Below are positions 39,355-52,644 of a DNA stretch of 64,000 bases, one piece after another. The translations under genes were made by a program, and so were the position numbers. The notes under the pieces are model-generated. The model was not told the origin of the DNA. It saw only the letters and a program-made list of their open reading frames with translations, and did no database searches. The DNA is taken from assembly GCA_030770535.1 (NCBI GenBank), contig JASVEC010000022.1, forward strand, positions 372,001 to 436,000, in the 5' to 3' direction. The stretch's first letter is position 1. Each line of letters opens with the position of its first letter. This DNA comes from Batkoa obscura (Eukaryota).

Positions 39355-40098
39355 ATGAAATTCCCAATTTTAATTGCACTTTTTGCTCAAGCTCCCTTTG
39401 CTGAAGAAGTTGCTGTTCAAGATAATGATCGTATTGTTGGTGGTTCTCCAGCTCCTTTGATCCCATGGATGGTTTCTCTTCAATCAGGAGGAAGACATTT
39501 CTGTGGTGCTCAAATGTTAAACCCAACTACTGTACTTACTGCTGCTCACTGTGTCCAAGGTGTATCAGCCGGTCAAGTAACCGTTCGTCTCGGCATTACC
39601 AACCTCAACGGTGGAGGTGGTGAAACTCTTCGTGCTTCTCGTATTATCTCTCATCCAAGCTTCAATTATAACACCCTTGCAAATGATGTAGCCATTATTA
39701 AACTTGCAACTCCATCAAAAAATACCAAATTCGTTCAACTTGATACTACTGGTATTGCTACTCCAGGACTTTCTGTTGTAGACTATGGATGAGGTAACAT
39801 CCGTAACGGCGGTCCATCATCTAGTACTCTTTTACAAGTACGGCTTACTGTCAGAGATGACTCAGAATGCCAAAGCTCTCTTGGTGGTTTTGACAGCCGC
39901 TGGTCTGTATGCGTACATGGTGCTACTGATGTTGAAACCCCATGTAATGGAGATTCTGGGGGTCCATTAGTTGCTAACCGTAATACTTTGGTAGGCACTG
40001 TTTCATATGGTGACTCTTGCAGATCTTACTCTGTTTTCGCTCGTGTTTCATACCTTAAGAGCTTTATCCAGCAATATTTACAAGTCTTAAATTCCTAA
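39355..40098 (+). pseudogene. Secreted S1A serine protease with a single internal TGA at the conserved G-W-G (pseudogene, recoded gene or sequence error)
   Basis: Signal peptide, RIVGG, HFCGA, LTAAHC, NDVAII; GGA TGA GGT at 39787-39795; same frame continues through ETPCNGDSGGPL..SVFARVSYLKSFI to TAA 40096-40098. Confidence 0.85.
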
Positions 40099-40841
40099 CA
40101 AGGATAACGAAATTTAGCTAAGAATTATAAAAGCTTTATAAAAACGTCTCAGACTTTGAGTTTACACTGTTGTGATATTTAATACAACAATTTATTGATC
40201 AAGTTTTTATAACAACGTTTGAAATAAACTTCTAATAATTTAGTGCATGATAAAGATTGTATATTTTACTTAAACTTTTTACTATTGTTCAATGACCAAA
40301 GCCCTAGTTCAATAGTAATGGGAAAACAAATCAGAGACATACTCTTAAACCACGATTCTTACTTTCATTTAAACATCCAAGTTTTTATATTTATTTTTGA
40401 TTACTTGAAAGTTGTAAAGCGTTAGTTACAAAAATTGTAATATTATAATTCTACTTTTTTTAATCAATTGTTAGAATTTCTTTATTTTTGACTTTTAGTA
40501 TAGGAGTTTTAGGATACTAAATAACATTATATTCTAAATCAAGGTTATGCTTTATAACCTTTTACTTAATAGTGATGTTTTCAATAACTGATATTTTCAT
40601 TTTCTTGATTCAATATTCTATAGAATTGATATTTTCAAAACCCATTTTACTTTTTTCAATTTGAAATCTTAATTTTTTAATTTTTTGATAATTGACTTAC
40701 AATATTAGCAACAAATATGAAATACCTTTTGAACTTGTTTTTTATTATACAAATAATTTGACAATCATAGCAATAGCTTTGTTATATTTTTACAAAATTT
40801 CTAATTATTTACTTTTGAAAAACATGATAAAGGCTATTCTT

Positions 40842-42292
40842 TTAATTTTTTGAAATATTCTTAATATGTGCATTGAATGCGGCAACCAACAAATTAGTGG
40901 CCCTTCCTTCACCCATCATAACAAGATGTTGAGCATTCATAACATATGCAAAAGAGAAATTATATTCTGGGGAGAACAAAATGCAACTACCGCCCATACC
41001 ACCCCAACCATAGAAAGCCACATCCGAGTACTCACCCAGTTCTGGAAATCTAAAAATTCCAAACCCGCCCCTAGTCATTTCTGTGTCTTCTAAGATTGCA
41101 TTATCAAATCCCTTAGTCGGTTCGCGTATTGATTCTTTTACTCCTGATTCACTTATAAATTTTTTGCTGCTCATCTGTCCATTATTGGCAAAGAAACTAC
41201 CTATATGTGCAAGCTTTAAATTGAAGTAAGTGACCTAAATTGAGCTGAGCTAATATAAAACTTACAGATTTTGCATTTGTGTGGCCATTAACACTTGGAA
41301 GTTCAATAGTAACCATATCTGCAGCATTGGGTAAATCTTTATCTTTTGATACCTTTAGCTTCATTATTTTAGATATACCAGAATCTTTCTTCATGTAATT
41401 TCTATTAAGTTTGATAGCTTTTCTTCCTAATAACCATTTTGGTAAAAAAAGCGTTAATATATCCAAGATAGGATAATTATACCATCTTGCTCTTCGATGG
41501 CTATTTTTTTCCTCCAACCCTAGATAAAATTCCATATTATACTTCGGATTAATTTCTTCTTTAAATAATTGCCCAATGCTACGCCCTTTCTTATCAACTG
41601 TTTTCACAATCTCATTAAGAATTAAGCCTCTTGTTATACCATGATAACATCTGACTTTTTTACCATCGTATTCGTGTGGTGTATTACCAATGATAGTTTT
41701 AAGTTTAGTTGTGTCATATACCTCTTCATAAGTTGGCTCTGGATTCATTAAAAAAGGTACCCCTCCTTCATGACGTAGAAGATCAGCCAATGTCACTTCA
41801 CCTTTATTACCATTACCAAATTCAGGCCAATATGTACTTATCTTCTCATCATAGTCAAGTACTCCTTGATCTACTAATCTAGCAATAACAGCACTTGTCT
41901 ATAAAATAGTTATTAAAACAAGCTCGATATTTTGAAGATAGAACTACCATAAATTTTGAAGATGAAAATACTATGTTCAAAGTGGATGAAGTATATGGTA
42001 TCTTCTTTTCAAAATCCTGATAACCGCCATAAAGCTCAACTACTGTTGTTTCTTTATTGTATACTACTACTGAAGCTCCAACTTCAAGTCCTCGATCAAA
42101 ATGATCTTCAAATACTTCTTCTACTTGTTTATAATCGTCCTTACATATACCCTCTGTTGGGTAATCTGGTTTGGAAAGGTTCAAGTATCTAGAATACCAT
42201 GGAAAGAATACACCCTCATTAAGAACCTTTTTACTGAGATAAGCAACAATAACAGTTGAAATTAAAATTGGTTGTAGAATAAGCTTTGACAT
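40842..42292 (-). CDS. Beta-lactamase-related serine hydrolase (class C / EstB-like), 3 exons
   Basis: GLEVGASV, FSSSK (SxxK), YWPEFGNGNK, TLADLLRHEGG, YHGITRGLIL, ELPSVNG, GWGGMGGS, FAYVMN. Confidence 0.88.
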
Positions 42293-43026
42293 AATTTTTA
42301 TTAGTTTTAGAAGACCAAATTGGATATTTATATTTTTAAATATATCTGTATTCGCAGTACTTTTGTGTGATATAGGGAGTTATCGCTTATATTATGTAAA
42401 AAAATAAAAGCAAGTATGTAATTTATTATGCAAAAAAACATAAACAAGTATGTAGCCTATTATTGAAAGTAAGACAAAGCATTTTTTGCATCTAAATGAT
42501 GGATTCTTATTGTTTTTAGTGGTAGTAAATTAGTATTTAACTTTGATTATGGATATTGTAGTAAATAATCTCTGTGCTTTGAAAATATATTTAATTGCTT
42601 TTTATTGAGTTTTTCTATAAACTTAGGTAAATTTTCACTAAAAGAATAGGAAAGCTATTGGTTGTAGAAATTGTTGTGTTTAGCTTTAGCTACCCCTTAT
42701 TTTTTAATTTGCTATTGATTTCTACATATTTAGAAATAATGTTTTTATATGGGCATGCTTTTTTATTATTATTCTTTTACTAATAAAATTTTTAGTTTTA
42801 GAATTACAAATATCATGTTTTTATTAGTTTAAATAGTTTGAAAATTGCTTAACCTTTGACTCAAATTCAGTTAATTTTATGTTGTAGAAAAATATTAATT
42901 TAATAATAAATGAGAAAATAATAGAATAAATTTTTTGATTGTTTTTATCATATATTTATTATGAAATAAAAATATTAATTAAGATAAAAAAAAAGGAATG
43001 ATTTGCTTTAGTTTATCATGTTTAGG

Positions 43027-43066
43027 TTAAAAAACGGAAAAAGTAATGAAACTAAAAAAAACACTC
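43027..43066 (-). mobile_element. MITE terminal fragment
   Basis: TTAAAAAACGGAAAAAGTAATGAAACTAAAAAAAACACTC|atat matches MITE end; a possible partner end atat|GGGCATGC at 42751. Confidence 0.5.
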
Positions 43067-44394
43067 ATATGTTAAAAATTTTAAAAATTTAGTTAAAAAA
43101 ACTAATTTGTATAATATTTATACTAATTTTTTTTTAAATTAATATGAAAACTCGAATAATAAAGTAAACAACTAATTATATAAAAAAAATCAAAATTTTA
43201 TATAGATAATTATTAAATAGCATATAAATAAAATTTAAATAGTTTAAGCAATAAAAATTATATAATGAAATTTAAAAATTAAAAGTATAATTAAATTAAT
43301 TAATAAAAATTTTTACAATTAATAAACTATTCCAGTATTAGGATTTATTATTTAGTATTTAAAAAATAGCGAATTAATTATTTTATACTTTAATTACTTT
43401 TTAAAAGTTTTAAAGCATTATTTTAAATTTATTAAAAAATGTTTAATTAAATTATTTAGTTAAAAGAAGTCAGTTTAGTAATTTTAAATATAAAGCAAAA
43501 GTAGCAAATAATAAAGTAATTAAAAAAAGCTAATTAGTTACTTTAAAAAGTATGTTAAAACTGATATACTTAAATTAATAGATATTAATTTCAAGCTAAG
43601 AAATTTTTACAAATTAACTTAAAAATCATTGATACTATTAAAAATACTTCTAATAAAAAATAATTAATTTTAATTTTAATTTTATTAGCTGATTTTCAGT
43701 TTTTTGGCTTAAATTCTAAAATTTTATTAGCTGATTAACTTTTAGATTTTAAGAAAAAAGTAGCAAAAGCTTAATAATTAAAAAACATTACTACATAATC
43801 ACTAGATTTGTGTAAAAAAGATTAATAGTAAACCAAATTAAATTAAATTAAAAGCATTTAAATGAAACCTATTTTAATAATTTTTCTTAATTTTTAAAAA
43901 GAATTAATTTTATAGAATAAATGAAACCTGTTAAAGCAGCTTATAGTTAAACTTTTTTTCTTACTTTAATTCGTAGCTATTTTTAATATGAATTTGAGGG
44001 CGGCGAATTTTCATATATTTTTAAATCTATATTAAAAAACTTTAACTGGAGATTACAAGCAATGAAAAACTTCTGGCTCCAAGCTGCCCTGTCAAATACT
44101 ACTGCTTTTTGATTTAATCAAGACCTTTTTCTATTGTAGTTTATTCTATCTAATCACGGGTTAATGGTTAGTGTAAATATTTTATTATGCTGTAGTTCAA
44201 TACCTTTTCCGTGCTCTTTGCCCAAAAATACAGGATGTACAGGAAGACAACAAGTATCATATTTTTGCATTTTCTACATTTACAAATAAACATATAGTTA
44301 TTCGAGATATTAAAATGAGGTTTTTTTCACCGAGTTTTGTATTTACTTTTTTGTTTAATATTAAATAACAGTTATGAAAAGGATTAAAAATATT

Positions 44395-44440
44395 AATAAA
44401 TGCTCAATAAATGCTTAATAAATGCTTAATAAATGCTTAA
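44395..44440. repeat. Tandem repeat (AATAAATGCTT) x4
   Basis: Direct inspection. Confidence 0.85.
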
Positions 44441-44893
44441 ATACTTTAATAAAGAGGCGATGTTTTTATAAAGTGTGCCCAGGCAGTATAATTAAAAATT
44501 TGAAATTTGAAATTCAAAACTTTTCATGAAAAACGGTGCTTCTTTACTAAATATATGGGATAAAGTGAAAGATAATTTAAATAGATATGTAAACACAATT
44601 ACAAAATAAGGATATCAAAGGGATATATATGATAAAATGAATTGAAACAACTGAACTTGAGATACAAATCCATCTGGTGCTTAAATTACTAGGGAGAAGC
44701 AGTGTAAACAAGGTCATAATTAAAAAACACCCAATTAAACTCAAAATAAAATTATAATAATGCAAGCTTTCAAAGAGGATTAAACAAAATAAAATAAGAA
44801 TTTTATAAACAAAACATATTGCTATTAGGATCAATTTAGTGCAGTATATAATCGATACATTATGAATTGGTAATTATAACATTAAATTTAAAG

Positions 44894-46024
44894 ATGATCT
44901 CTAAAGAAGAACAACGAAGAATTGATATTGAAACCGATATCCTTGATACAATGGACATGATAATCTTAGGAGTAGGTATCTTGCTTTGCCTCATAGTGGT
45001 GGCCATAGTAGCTGGATCCCGAGTACTTAAACTACCATCGTCTGGTAGATTAAGTTTTAAGTTATCCTTGTGGGTAGCTATTGCAGATATTGTATTCTCC
45101 ATTTCCTACATAATCCCAATACTTATGTTAAGAATTGCTCCGAAATGGGCACAGAAAATACTCACAGAAAATAGAATCATTACCCTACTTTGTACTTTGA
45201 TTTCAACGTTTGGTAGTATTTGGTATATGGTTCTTATATCTTTAATTGTGCTAAATCTACAGTTTACCTTTTTATCAAAGTGCAAGTATAACCACTTATT
45301 TACCGAGTTTAATATGGTGGTAGTCTCTTTAATTCTCCCAAGCTTAGTGATTGTTCCTTCGATTATAATTTGTCACCAATATAACATATATAGCTTACTT
45401 GAGCTTATTGAGACGGGATCAATATATAGACTTCTGCTGACTTGGGTACAAGTCGACTTATGGCTTACTATCTGTATTGTTTACTGTATAGTTACTATTA
45501 TGAAAATCTTAAAAGTATTTTCAAAATACTCGAGGACCATTAAAGATCAGAATTCAGAGAATCAAGTTCAATTTCAAATATCTAAAAATATGATCAGTAG
45601 TCCAGAAACTAGATCCATTTCCACTGATAAAACTAATAGTACCGATATACTTTGGCCCCAGCCTAAAGAATTTAAAACCACTTCAATTGAATTTACTCCA
45701 CCTAAAGTAGAAGTAATAACCAACTCTCTTTTGGAAAAAAAATTAAGTCGAATCGCACTGCGAGTAGCTTGTTACGGGGTTGTACCTATCATTACCCAAA
45801 CCATTTTCGTCATCATTAGCACTTACACTGCATTGACGAGAGATCAGTCTTTTGGGCTACGAGTTGTTTTTGATTTATGCAACTTTCTTAATGGTATTTT
45901 AAATTCAATTGTTTTTTTATTTGACCCAGCGCTTCCGGATATCTTACACCAGTTTAAGAATACTTATTTAAAGGGCTTAGATATGCAATCTGATTCTATC
46001 TCTAAATCTGAATTGAAACTGTAA
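44894..46024 (+). CDS. Seven-transmembrane GPCR-like protein (cAMP-receptor/Git3-like)
   Basis: Seven hydrophobic segments, RLSFKLSLWVAIADI in TM2, long third loop, LRVACYGVVPIITQ, LNGILNSIVFLFDP; first ATG 44894. Confidence 0.75.
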   Translation: MISKEEQRRIDIETDILDTMDMIILGVGILLCLIVVAIVAGSRVLKLPSSGRLSFKLSLWVAIADIVFSISYIIPILMLRIAPKWAQKILTENRIITLLCTLISTFGSIWYMVLISLIVLNLQFTFLSKCKYNHLFTEFNMVVVSLILPSLVIVPSIIICHQYNIYSLLELIETGSIYRLLLTWVQVDLWLTICIVYCIVTIMKILKVFSKYSRTIKDQNSENQVQFQISKNMISSPETRSISTDKTNSTDILWPQPKEFKTTSIEFTPPKVEVITNSLLEKKLSRIALRVACYGVVPIITQTIFVIISTYTALTRDQSFGLRVVFDLCNFLNGILNSIVFLFDPALPDILHQFKNTYLKGLDMQSDSISKSELKL

Positions 46025-46667
46025 ATATAATAAAACACCCTCATATCTAATATAAAATTTCGAAAGTTTACGTATGAATAAAATTTTATTCCCTAAGTTT
46101 CTATATCATATAGTCAACGTAACTACATGGGTTTGTTTATGCCCAATGGTTTCTTACTTTGCCTCGAAAACAAGATAAATCTCTATATATCTTTCAACTG
46201 CTATTTGGAATGGAAATTTTGAAAAAACCCCAGGCTTTTACTTCTCCTTGTCCCCACCTTTAATTATTTGTCTTTTTAACCTTCTCCGCCTATTCCATTA
46301 ATTAGTTTTATGATCAATCCAAGTATTAATCCAGTTTGAAAATTTATTTATTTAAAAAAGAATCTAAGCAAACAACCTTTTAATATAATAAATAACAAAT
46401 AAATAGATATTTAACTATTATATTTAACAAACATATTATTAAATTCTTTTATTTACACCTGAATAAATTTAAAATATTCTTTGACTGAAATTTAAATTCA
46501 GAATTGATGCAATTTTGGATTAGTTTAAAACTATGTTAAGTATTCTTTTAGGGTCTATGTAAGTAAAAAATCAATGAAGTAAATAAGAACACTTATAATT
46601 CTTTTGTTAAATGTGATTGGTATGATAAATAAAACAATCCTTTCTCTTTTAAACTAAAACTGTTTCA

Positions 46668-48093
46668 ATGTTTTTTCAGAGACGTGTATCAATTGTGTTA
46701 CTAATATTAATAAGTTTGTCAAAACAACAATTAGTCATGAGTTTACAGTTTTATTTGCGGGAGCTGATAGAATTGTAAATGATACAATGTATGTTTTGAA
46801 GGAATAGACGCAAAAAACGTAGATACTAACAGAAACATCTACAATGAGACTTTATTTAGTCGCGGTGTTTATATTTTGAGCCTTAAAGATGGGACACAAC
46901 TAAATGGCACACAAGAGGCGGATTGGGAACATAATCAACTTGAAAATCCTCCTTTTGACGTGTTATTTGTACCAAGTGTCATTCAAGTAAAGAATAATTT
47001 AGAAGAGTTTTTTGTCATAGATGGGTCTCATTAGACACTTGTTGAAGAAAGTATAAGGGTATTTGATACAAAGTCAAGCACATGTAAAATTGATGCAAAT
47101 GGAGGTAAGTTTACAAAAAAACTAAGCTTTCTGAAATCAGAAGGAGAAACACCAGGATCTAGACCAGTCGGAGCTACTTTAAACCATTTTGATTTAAATC
47201 CTGATGAATTGGTCTTATATGATGGGGAGTATTTCTTTAAAAAGGAAATTGAAAAATATAAGGCATGAGCTTATTCAGGGTTAATAGTTTATAACTCAAG
47301 AAATAATCAACGTAAGATTACTGGAGAACAAGATGGTTATTGTATTTATGCACATAATTCAATTATAAACAGCGGTGGTAACTTGATGATATTTAGTGGG
47401 AGGAATATTGGTACTTATGAATATCTTGGATTTAAAAATGTCATTAGTTTTAATATTCAAGATAAAAAATGTTTTTTTCAAAATGCAGTGGGAGAATTCT
47501 CAGAAAAATTTGTTAGTTTTGGGTTAAAAAAAAGGATGACTGTTTACATCTTAGGTGGTACCACCAACGACGGCAGGACCGATTATGGAGATAGTCCTCT
47601 TTATATTATAAATTCAAATACCCTTATTTGGGAAAGGAAGTATGTTTCTGGATTAACTAACATTATATTTACCACAACAGAATATTATAATGGCTATCTT
47701 CCGTACAATTTTGGGGTACATAATAACCTCATTTACTCAAAAACACATATAGCGAGCCTTAGTAATTGTACTTTGGTGAATCCAATATCCTCAATGGAAG
47801 AACTAGAAAGCTTAAAACCAAAAGCCAATTACCTGTTATTGTCGGTGGGTCGGTAGAGGGATTTATTGGATTTACAATCTTAATCATTTTATGCTACTTT
47901 GGATATAAGGATCAAAAGAGATATTATTAAAAGAACCCCATTTCCCCTTGTTTCAGAGTCCACTTGCAATGAAACACAGTTTGGTGTTAATGACTCAAAA
48001 TTTCCATTCGATAATGACGCTGAGTTTGATACTAGTATGTCTAAACTAGAAGAAAAAACTATTTATAATTTAGGATTAAATTGTGTTTATTAA
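46668..48093 (+). pseudogene. Degraded kelch/galactose-oxidase-repeat surface protein
   Basis: Signal-like start, IVNDTMYV, ELVLYDG, HNSII..LMIFSGR, VYILGG, YNGYLPYNFG fragments broken by several stops and frameshifts. Confidence 0.6.
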
Positions 48094-48602
48094 AAGTTGA
48101 GTGGTATGATTATGCGAAGGATATAGCGTATCTTTTGAATAAACTTAATACTAGATTTCATACTGCTTTTTAAGTCATAAAGATATCTATAAATAGTACA
48201 ACGGGTATTTTTTTGTATTTAAACATTCATATAATCGAAGCCATGACCTATATTTCATAATAAAATATTGGGATAATAAGACTTACCGAAGCATGTTGAA
48301 TATTGACTGTAATGTATAAAAATTTATCATCCTTGTTGAATTATTCAAAGTTTAACTTTTTAGTTTTATGAAACTGAATAAAATATTTATAGGTTATTTG
48401 TAAATATTTTGACATAAAATTAATATTCTTTTTTATAATAGTTAAAACTTTAATCTTAATTAAAATTTCTGAATAATTTATCTTTTAACCAATTGCTTTA
48501 TACCGCAAAACAGTAAAAACTATCAGCAGAATAGCAATCTAATGTCATAAAATTGAAAGTATTTTTTTAAATTTAAATCTTAGAAAACAAATATAAATTT
48601 CA

Positions 48603-49476
48603 ATGAGCAACACAAAAGAAGTAAGAAAAGAGGAAAAGGAAGTATATAACAAATGGAGTCAATATTTCAATTATAAATTAGGTTTATTGAGTAAAAAAGA
48701 ACAAGAAGCTTATGATATAGAAAAAAGTAAAGTAAATTATCGAAAAGATTATATTCGTTGTGAAAAATGGAAAGAACAGATAATGACCAACAGTATGAAT
48801 TCAATATTATTTTAAAAATGTTGTTTAACTAAACTGCTTAGGTCCAATAGTAGCATTTTTACTAAAAGAACTGAGGAAACAAGGGTGTACATTTAATCAA
48901 GCCCACCTTGTCTGTGCACCTTGCGATACATCCAGAAGCTCAGCGTTTAACCCAGAAGCTGAACTGGGTAAAGGACCGATATTATTGTGTCAGAATAGAT
49001 TCTCGAGTAAGACTCATTTGGAGACAACAATGGCTCATGAGCTTATACACGCCTATGATCATTGGTATTTTCTCTTTAAACAATTATTTTAAAAATTATA
49101 ACTATTTTAGTCGTTATAATGTCCAATGGGATAATCTGTATCATTATGCTTGTTCAAGTGTATTATTTAATAAATTAAAAAGCTCAAATTTAATATAACT
49201 TTTTAGATCCGAGCCAACAGCTTAAGTGGAGATTGTAAATTTGGGAACGAAATAAAAAGGGGCAAGTTTGGGATTTCAAAGCAACATCAAGTAATAATAA
49301 TTTTTATTTAACTCATTAAAATAATATTGATTTTTTAGAAATGTGTAAGACGCCGCGCTATTTTATCCGTACAAGCGCATCCACTATGTCCAGATGAAGA
49401 TACCGCTAAAGTGGCAGTCAATGCTGTTTTTGACTCTTGTTTTGCAGATACAGCGCCATTTGATGAGATATACTAA
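48603..49476 (+). CDS. ATP23: Mitochondrial inner-membrane metalloprotease Atp23 (M76), multi-exon
   Basis: [64 protein letters not shown]. Confidence 0.93.
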
Positions 49477-49821
49477 TGAATAGATTTAAACTGAGTTTTA
49501 AAATAGAACTTTAAAATTAAAATTTAATATTCAGTTAGTTTAACTCTAATTTAATTTCAGAATAGTTTGAATATTTTGTACTAAGATATTTAAATTTAGT
49601 TTAACTATATTTTTATGTGAGTATATTGATCAAACCCTTACAGTAAATACTAAATGTTTATAGTACTTATTTTCTGATATATACCCAACCCACTAAAGTG
49701 AATATATAAATAAACTTACTTTTTAGAAGAACTAGATGTAATATCCATTATAAATCCTGAAAATAAAATAAAAATATTTAAATAACAAACAATAAACTAT
49801 CAAATTTAATACTCAATTAAA

Positions 49822-50542
49822 CTAATTTTGTTCTTGTTTCCTTTTTTCCAATCTAGTAATATACAAATCCATACTTTCGATTCCTTTTTCTAAATAAATT
49901 AGAGTTTCTCCAACAGCATCACACTATATTTATTAATAAATATAAACTCATATTTTATAAAATTACCCATTGATTAAAAGTTTCCATTACTAATAATACA
50001 TCTTGATTGCTCCTATTTACGCTTGGAATAAAGCCATCAAACTTTTCAATTACTGAATTTATTCTTTCAATTGGGCGTATATAACCTAAAAAATGGTTAG
50101 ATAAACCAAAAAATATCATCTAGATACCTTTAAATTCTGGAGGATTGATAAAACCTTCCAAAGCATAAGCACTTTCTATCTGATTAACCGCATTAACAAG
50201 CGAGTTAAAATTCTGTAACATTAACAATAATTTCTCCTTATAAGATAACGAGCTCTCATTCATCGCCAATAACAACTCATCCCTATTATCCAATGTATGT
50301 TCCTTAATAGCTTTATAATACTTGGTAACTAATTTATTCAACAGCGGTTCCTCTCGATAGCTCACTTTCTCTGTCCATACTTCCATCACTTGAACATATT
50401 TTTCAAATAAACTTTCATTATCTAAGGTATCTCCTTTTTGTAATGAGGGTGGTAACACTTTGGATTTTACTAAAGCTAATTCGAGCTTTACTAAACGTTC
50501 TTCCATCCCCTCGAAATAGCGATCTGGTAGTTGTTGTGCCAT
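49822..50542 (-). CDS. Coiled-coil protein, possibly dynactin subunit 3 (p22/p24)-like, 3 exons
   Basis: MEERLVKLELAL start, SYKEKLLLML..INPPEF, later exons ..METFNQW/CDAVGETLIYLE..RKQEQN*; similarity judged by eye only. Confidence 0.5.
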
Positions 50543-51159
50543 TTTGGTTTAATTAAAAGTTAAGCTAGGCTATTACGTTGGAGTTCCTAATTAATGAGTT
50601 GATATTATTGCAAAATTGGTGTCTTCAGAATTTCGCAAGCTTAGTCTTGGAATTTTGCAGCGTTAAGGCTTGAGCATTATGCTTAAATCTATACAGCTAA
50701 TAAAAGTATCAACAAAAGTGGACTGAGATCATATAAATAAATCTATATCCATTGCAGTAACCTACTAGTATAAAACTAGGTAAATCAAATAAAACTTCAT
50801 TTCAATTATTAAACGTTATAATTTTTAATGCTCCATTATCTAATAAGTGTTTATTATTTTATTATCTTATCGTTATTTAATAATAATTCAAAAAACATTA
50901 ATTAAACTTATAACTTTGAGCAACATAAAACATTAAATTTAATGAATACATTCAGTTTAAATCTTTTATTTCCTGTATTCATAAATATTAAGAATGCTAT
51001 ACTTAATTGCACTAAGTTAACTCACTGATATATTTATTTTTAAATATTTAATTAATTGAATATTTAATTAAAGGTACTATGGTTAGTGATCATTATAATC
51101 TTTTAAATAATAACGTAATTTGTTTACATTGAATAATTTTCTTTAAAATTCTATTATAT

Positions 51160-51257
51160 AAGGAGGTATTTTTGTGTTTAAGAATTTTATTCAATTTTTC
51201 CCCGCTCAAGTAGCGCTTAAAAATGTAAAAAGTGATGAAACCAAAAAAGACACCCCC
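51160..51257 (-). mobile_element. ~100-bp MITE copy, inverted
   Basis: atat|AAGGAGGTATT...GTGATGAAACCAAAAAAGACACCCCC|atat. Confidence 0.8.
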
Positions 51258-51639
51258 ATATTTTTTATTCTAAAACCGACATAAGTTAAATTTAGTATGT
51301 TTTATTTAAATCCTAAACAAAGGCTGAAAGAATATAACATTGGCATTTTATATATTTAGAAAGTGTAAAAATATGATAAATTAAATTATTTATAGTTTAT
51401 TATAAAAGTTATATTTCCCAATTAAAAAGGATTGTTGATTTATTTAAACGAATTATATAAGAAAACTAATATTATAAAAAGTGATCCTAATATAAGTTAT
51501 ATGGCAATACTCACATTATTACAATTATCCAATTAAACTAAAAATAAAAATTAAACAATATAAACGTTGATAAGCCATAGATTATTATCTAAAAAAAGTA
51601 TATAAATGACAAACTAAATTAATAAAACACAGAAAATAA

Positions 51640-52644
51640 ATGCAAATGTTGACTCAGGAACAATTAGAAACAATAGACCGGGTTGGGCTAATAGTATTGA
51701 TACTCTCCTTCACTAGTAGTGTACTAGTCTTGTTAATAGTGTTGCTAAGCAGACTATTAAAACTACGAGGTAGTCGAAGACTAAGTTATAGACTACAATT
51801 ATGGATTTCACTGGCTGATATCCTATTTTGTATCACTTATTCCTTCCCCATTTTTATATCTAACAATAGTATTGATCATACGAATTCTATAATGAAAATT
51901 CGATTTTTTCAATTAATCAATGCCAATATGCCTATCTTTTGTCAACTATGGTACGTGTTGTTAATATTTTTTATCATTTTGACTTTACATTTCACTTTAT
52001 TTCTAAAGAATAGTAAATATATTTATCTATTCAATGAGTTAAATATTGTAGTCACCACATTTTTGGTATCTCTTTTATTTATATTACCATCATTTATTAT
52101 ATGTTGGGTTAACAACAAATACACTGTTCTTGATTTCTTTCCTGTTGGTATCTCTAAATTTTTAATCCTTTGGTTGCAACTCAATTTAGTACTATTCATT
52201 GTTAGCGCATATTGTACGATTATGGTGGTTAAAATCAGCATATTGTTATTGAATTATAAAAAAGCGCTTGATGCTATCTATTTACAAAATACTAGTCAAA
52301 GTTTGATAGAATCTTATATCGATGTTAAGGCGAATCAAGTGCTTAATAGGAATCTCTGTGAGATAGTACTGAGAATCATTTTTTATGCCATTATTCCTAT
52401 TACCACTCAGTTCATTTTTGTAATTATCTCATCATATTACACTTTATCTGAAGAAAGAAATAGCTTTGGATTAAGAATTGTTTATGATAGCTTGAATTTT
52501 TTAAATGGTTTACTTAATTCGTTGTTCTTTTTATGCTTTGATCCCGCATTACCTAGTATCTTTAAAGAGTTTATTACAGTTTATATTAGAAAGGAGAGTT
52601 ATGAAAATTTACAATCATGCTATAGTGATAAGATTAATATTTAA
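51640..52644 (+). CDS. Seven-transmembrane GPCR-like protein, paralog of 44894..46024
   Basis: RLSYRLQLWISLADIL, LRIIFYAIIPITTQ, SFGLRIVYD..FLNGLLNSLFFLCFDPALP. Confidence 0.75.
   Translation: MQMLTQEQLETIDRVGLIVLILSFTSSVLVLLIVLLSRLLKLRGSRRLSYRLQLWISLADILFCITYSFPIFISNNSIDHTNSIMKIRFFQLINANMPIFCQLWYVLLIFFIILTLHFTLFLKNSKYIYLFNELNIVVTTFLVSLLFILPSFIICWVNNKYTVLDFFPVGISKFLILWLQLNLVLFIVSAYCTIMVVKISILLLNYKKALDAIYLQNTSQSLIESYIDVKANQVLNRNLCEIVLRIIFYAIIPITTQFIFVIISSYYTLSEERNSFGLRIVYDSLNFLNGLLNSLFFLCFDPALPSIFKEFITVYIRKESYENLQSCYSDKINI

Noticed and set aside
39790..39792. Genome-wide TGA=Trp reassignment
   Set aside because: TGG encodes Trp throughout, LCB1 ends in TGA, and other conserved genes show no internal TGA
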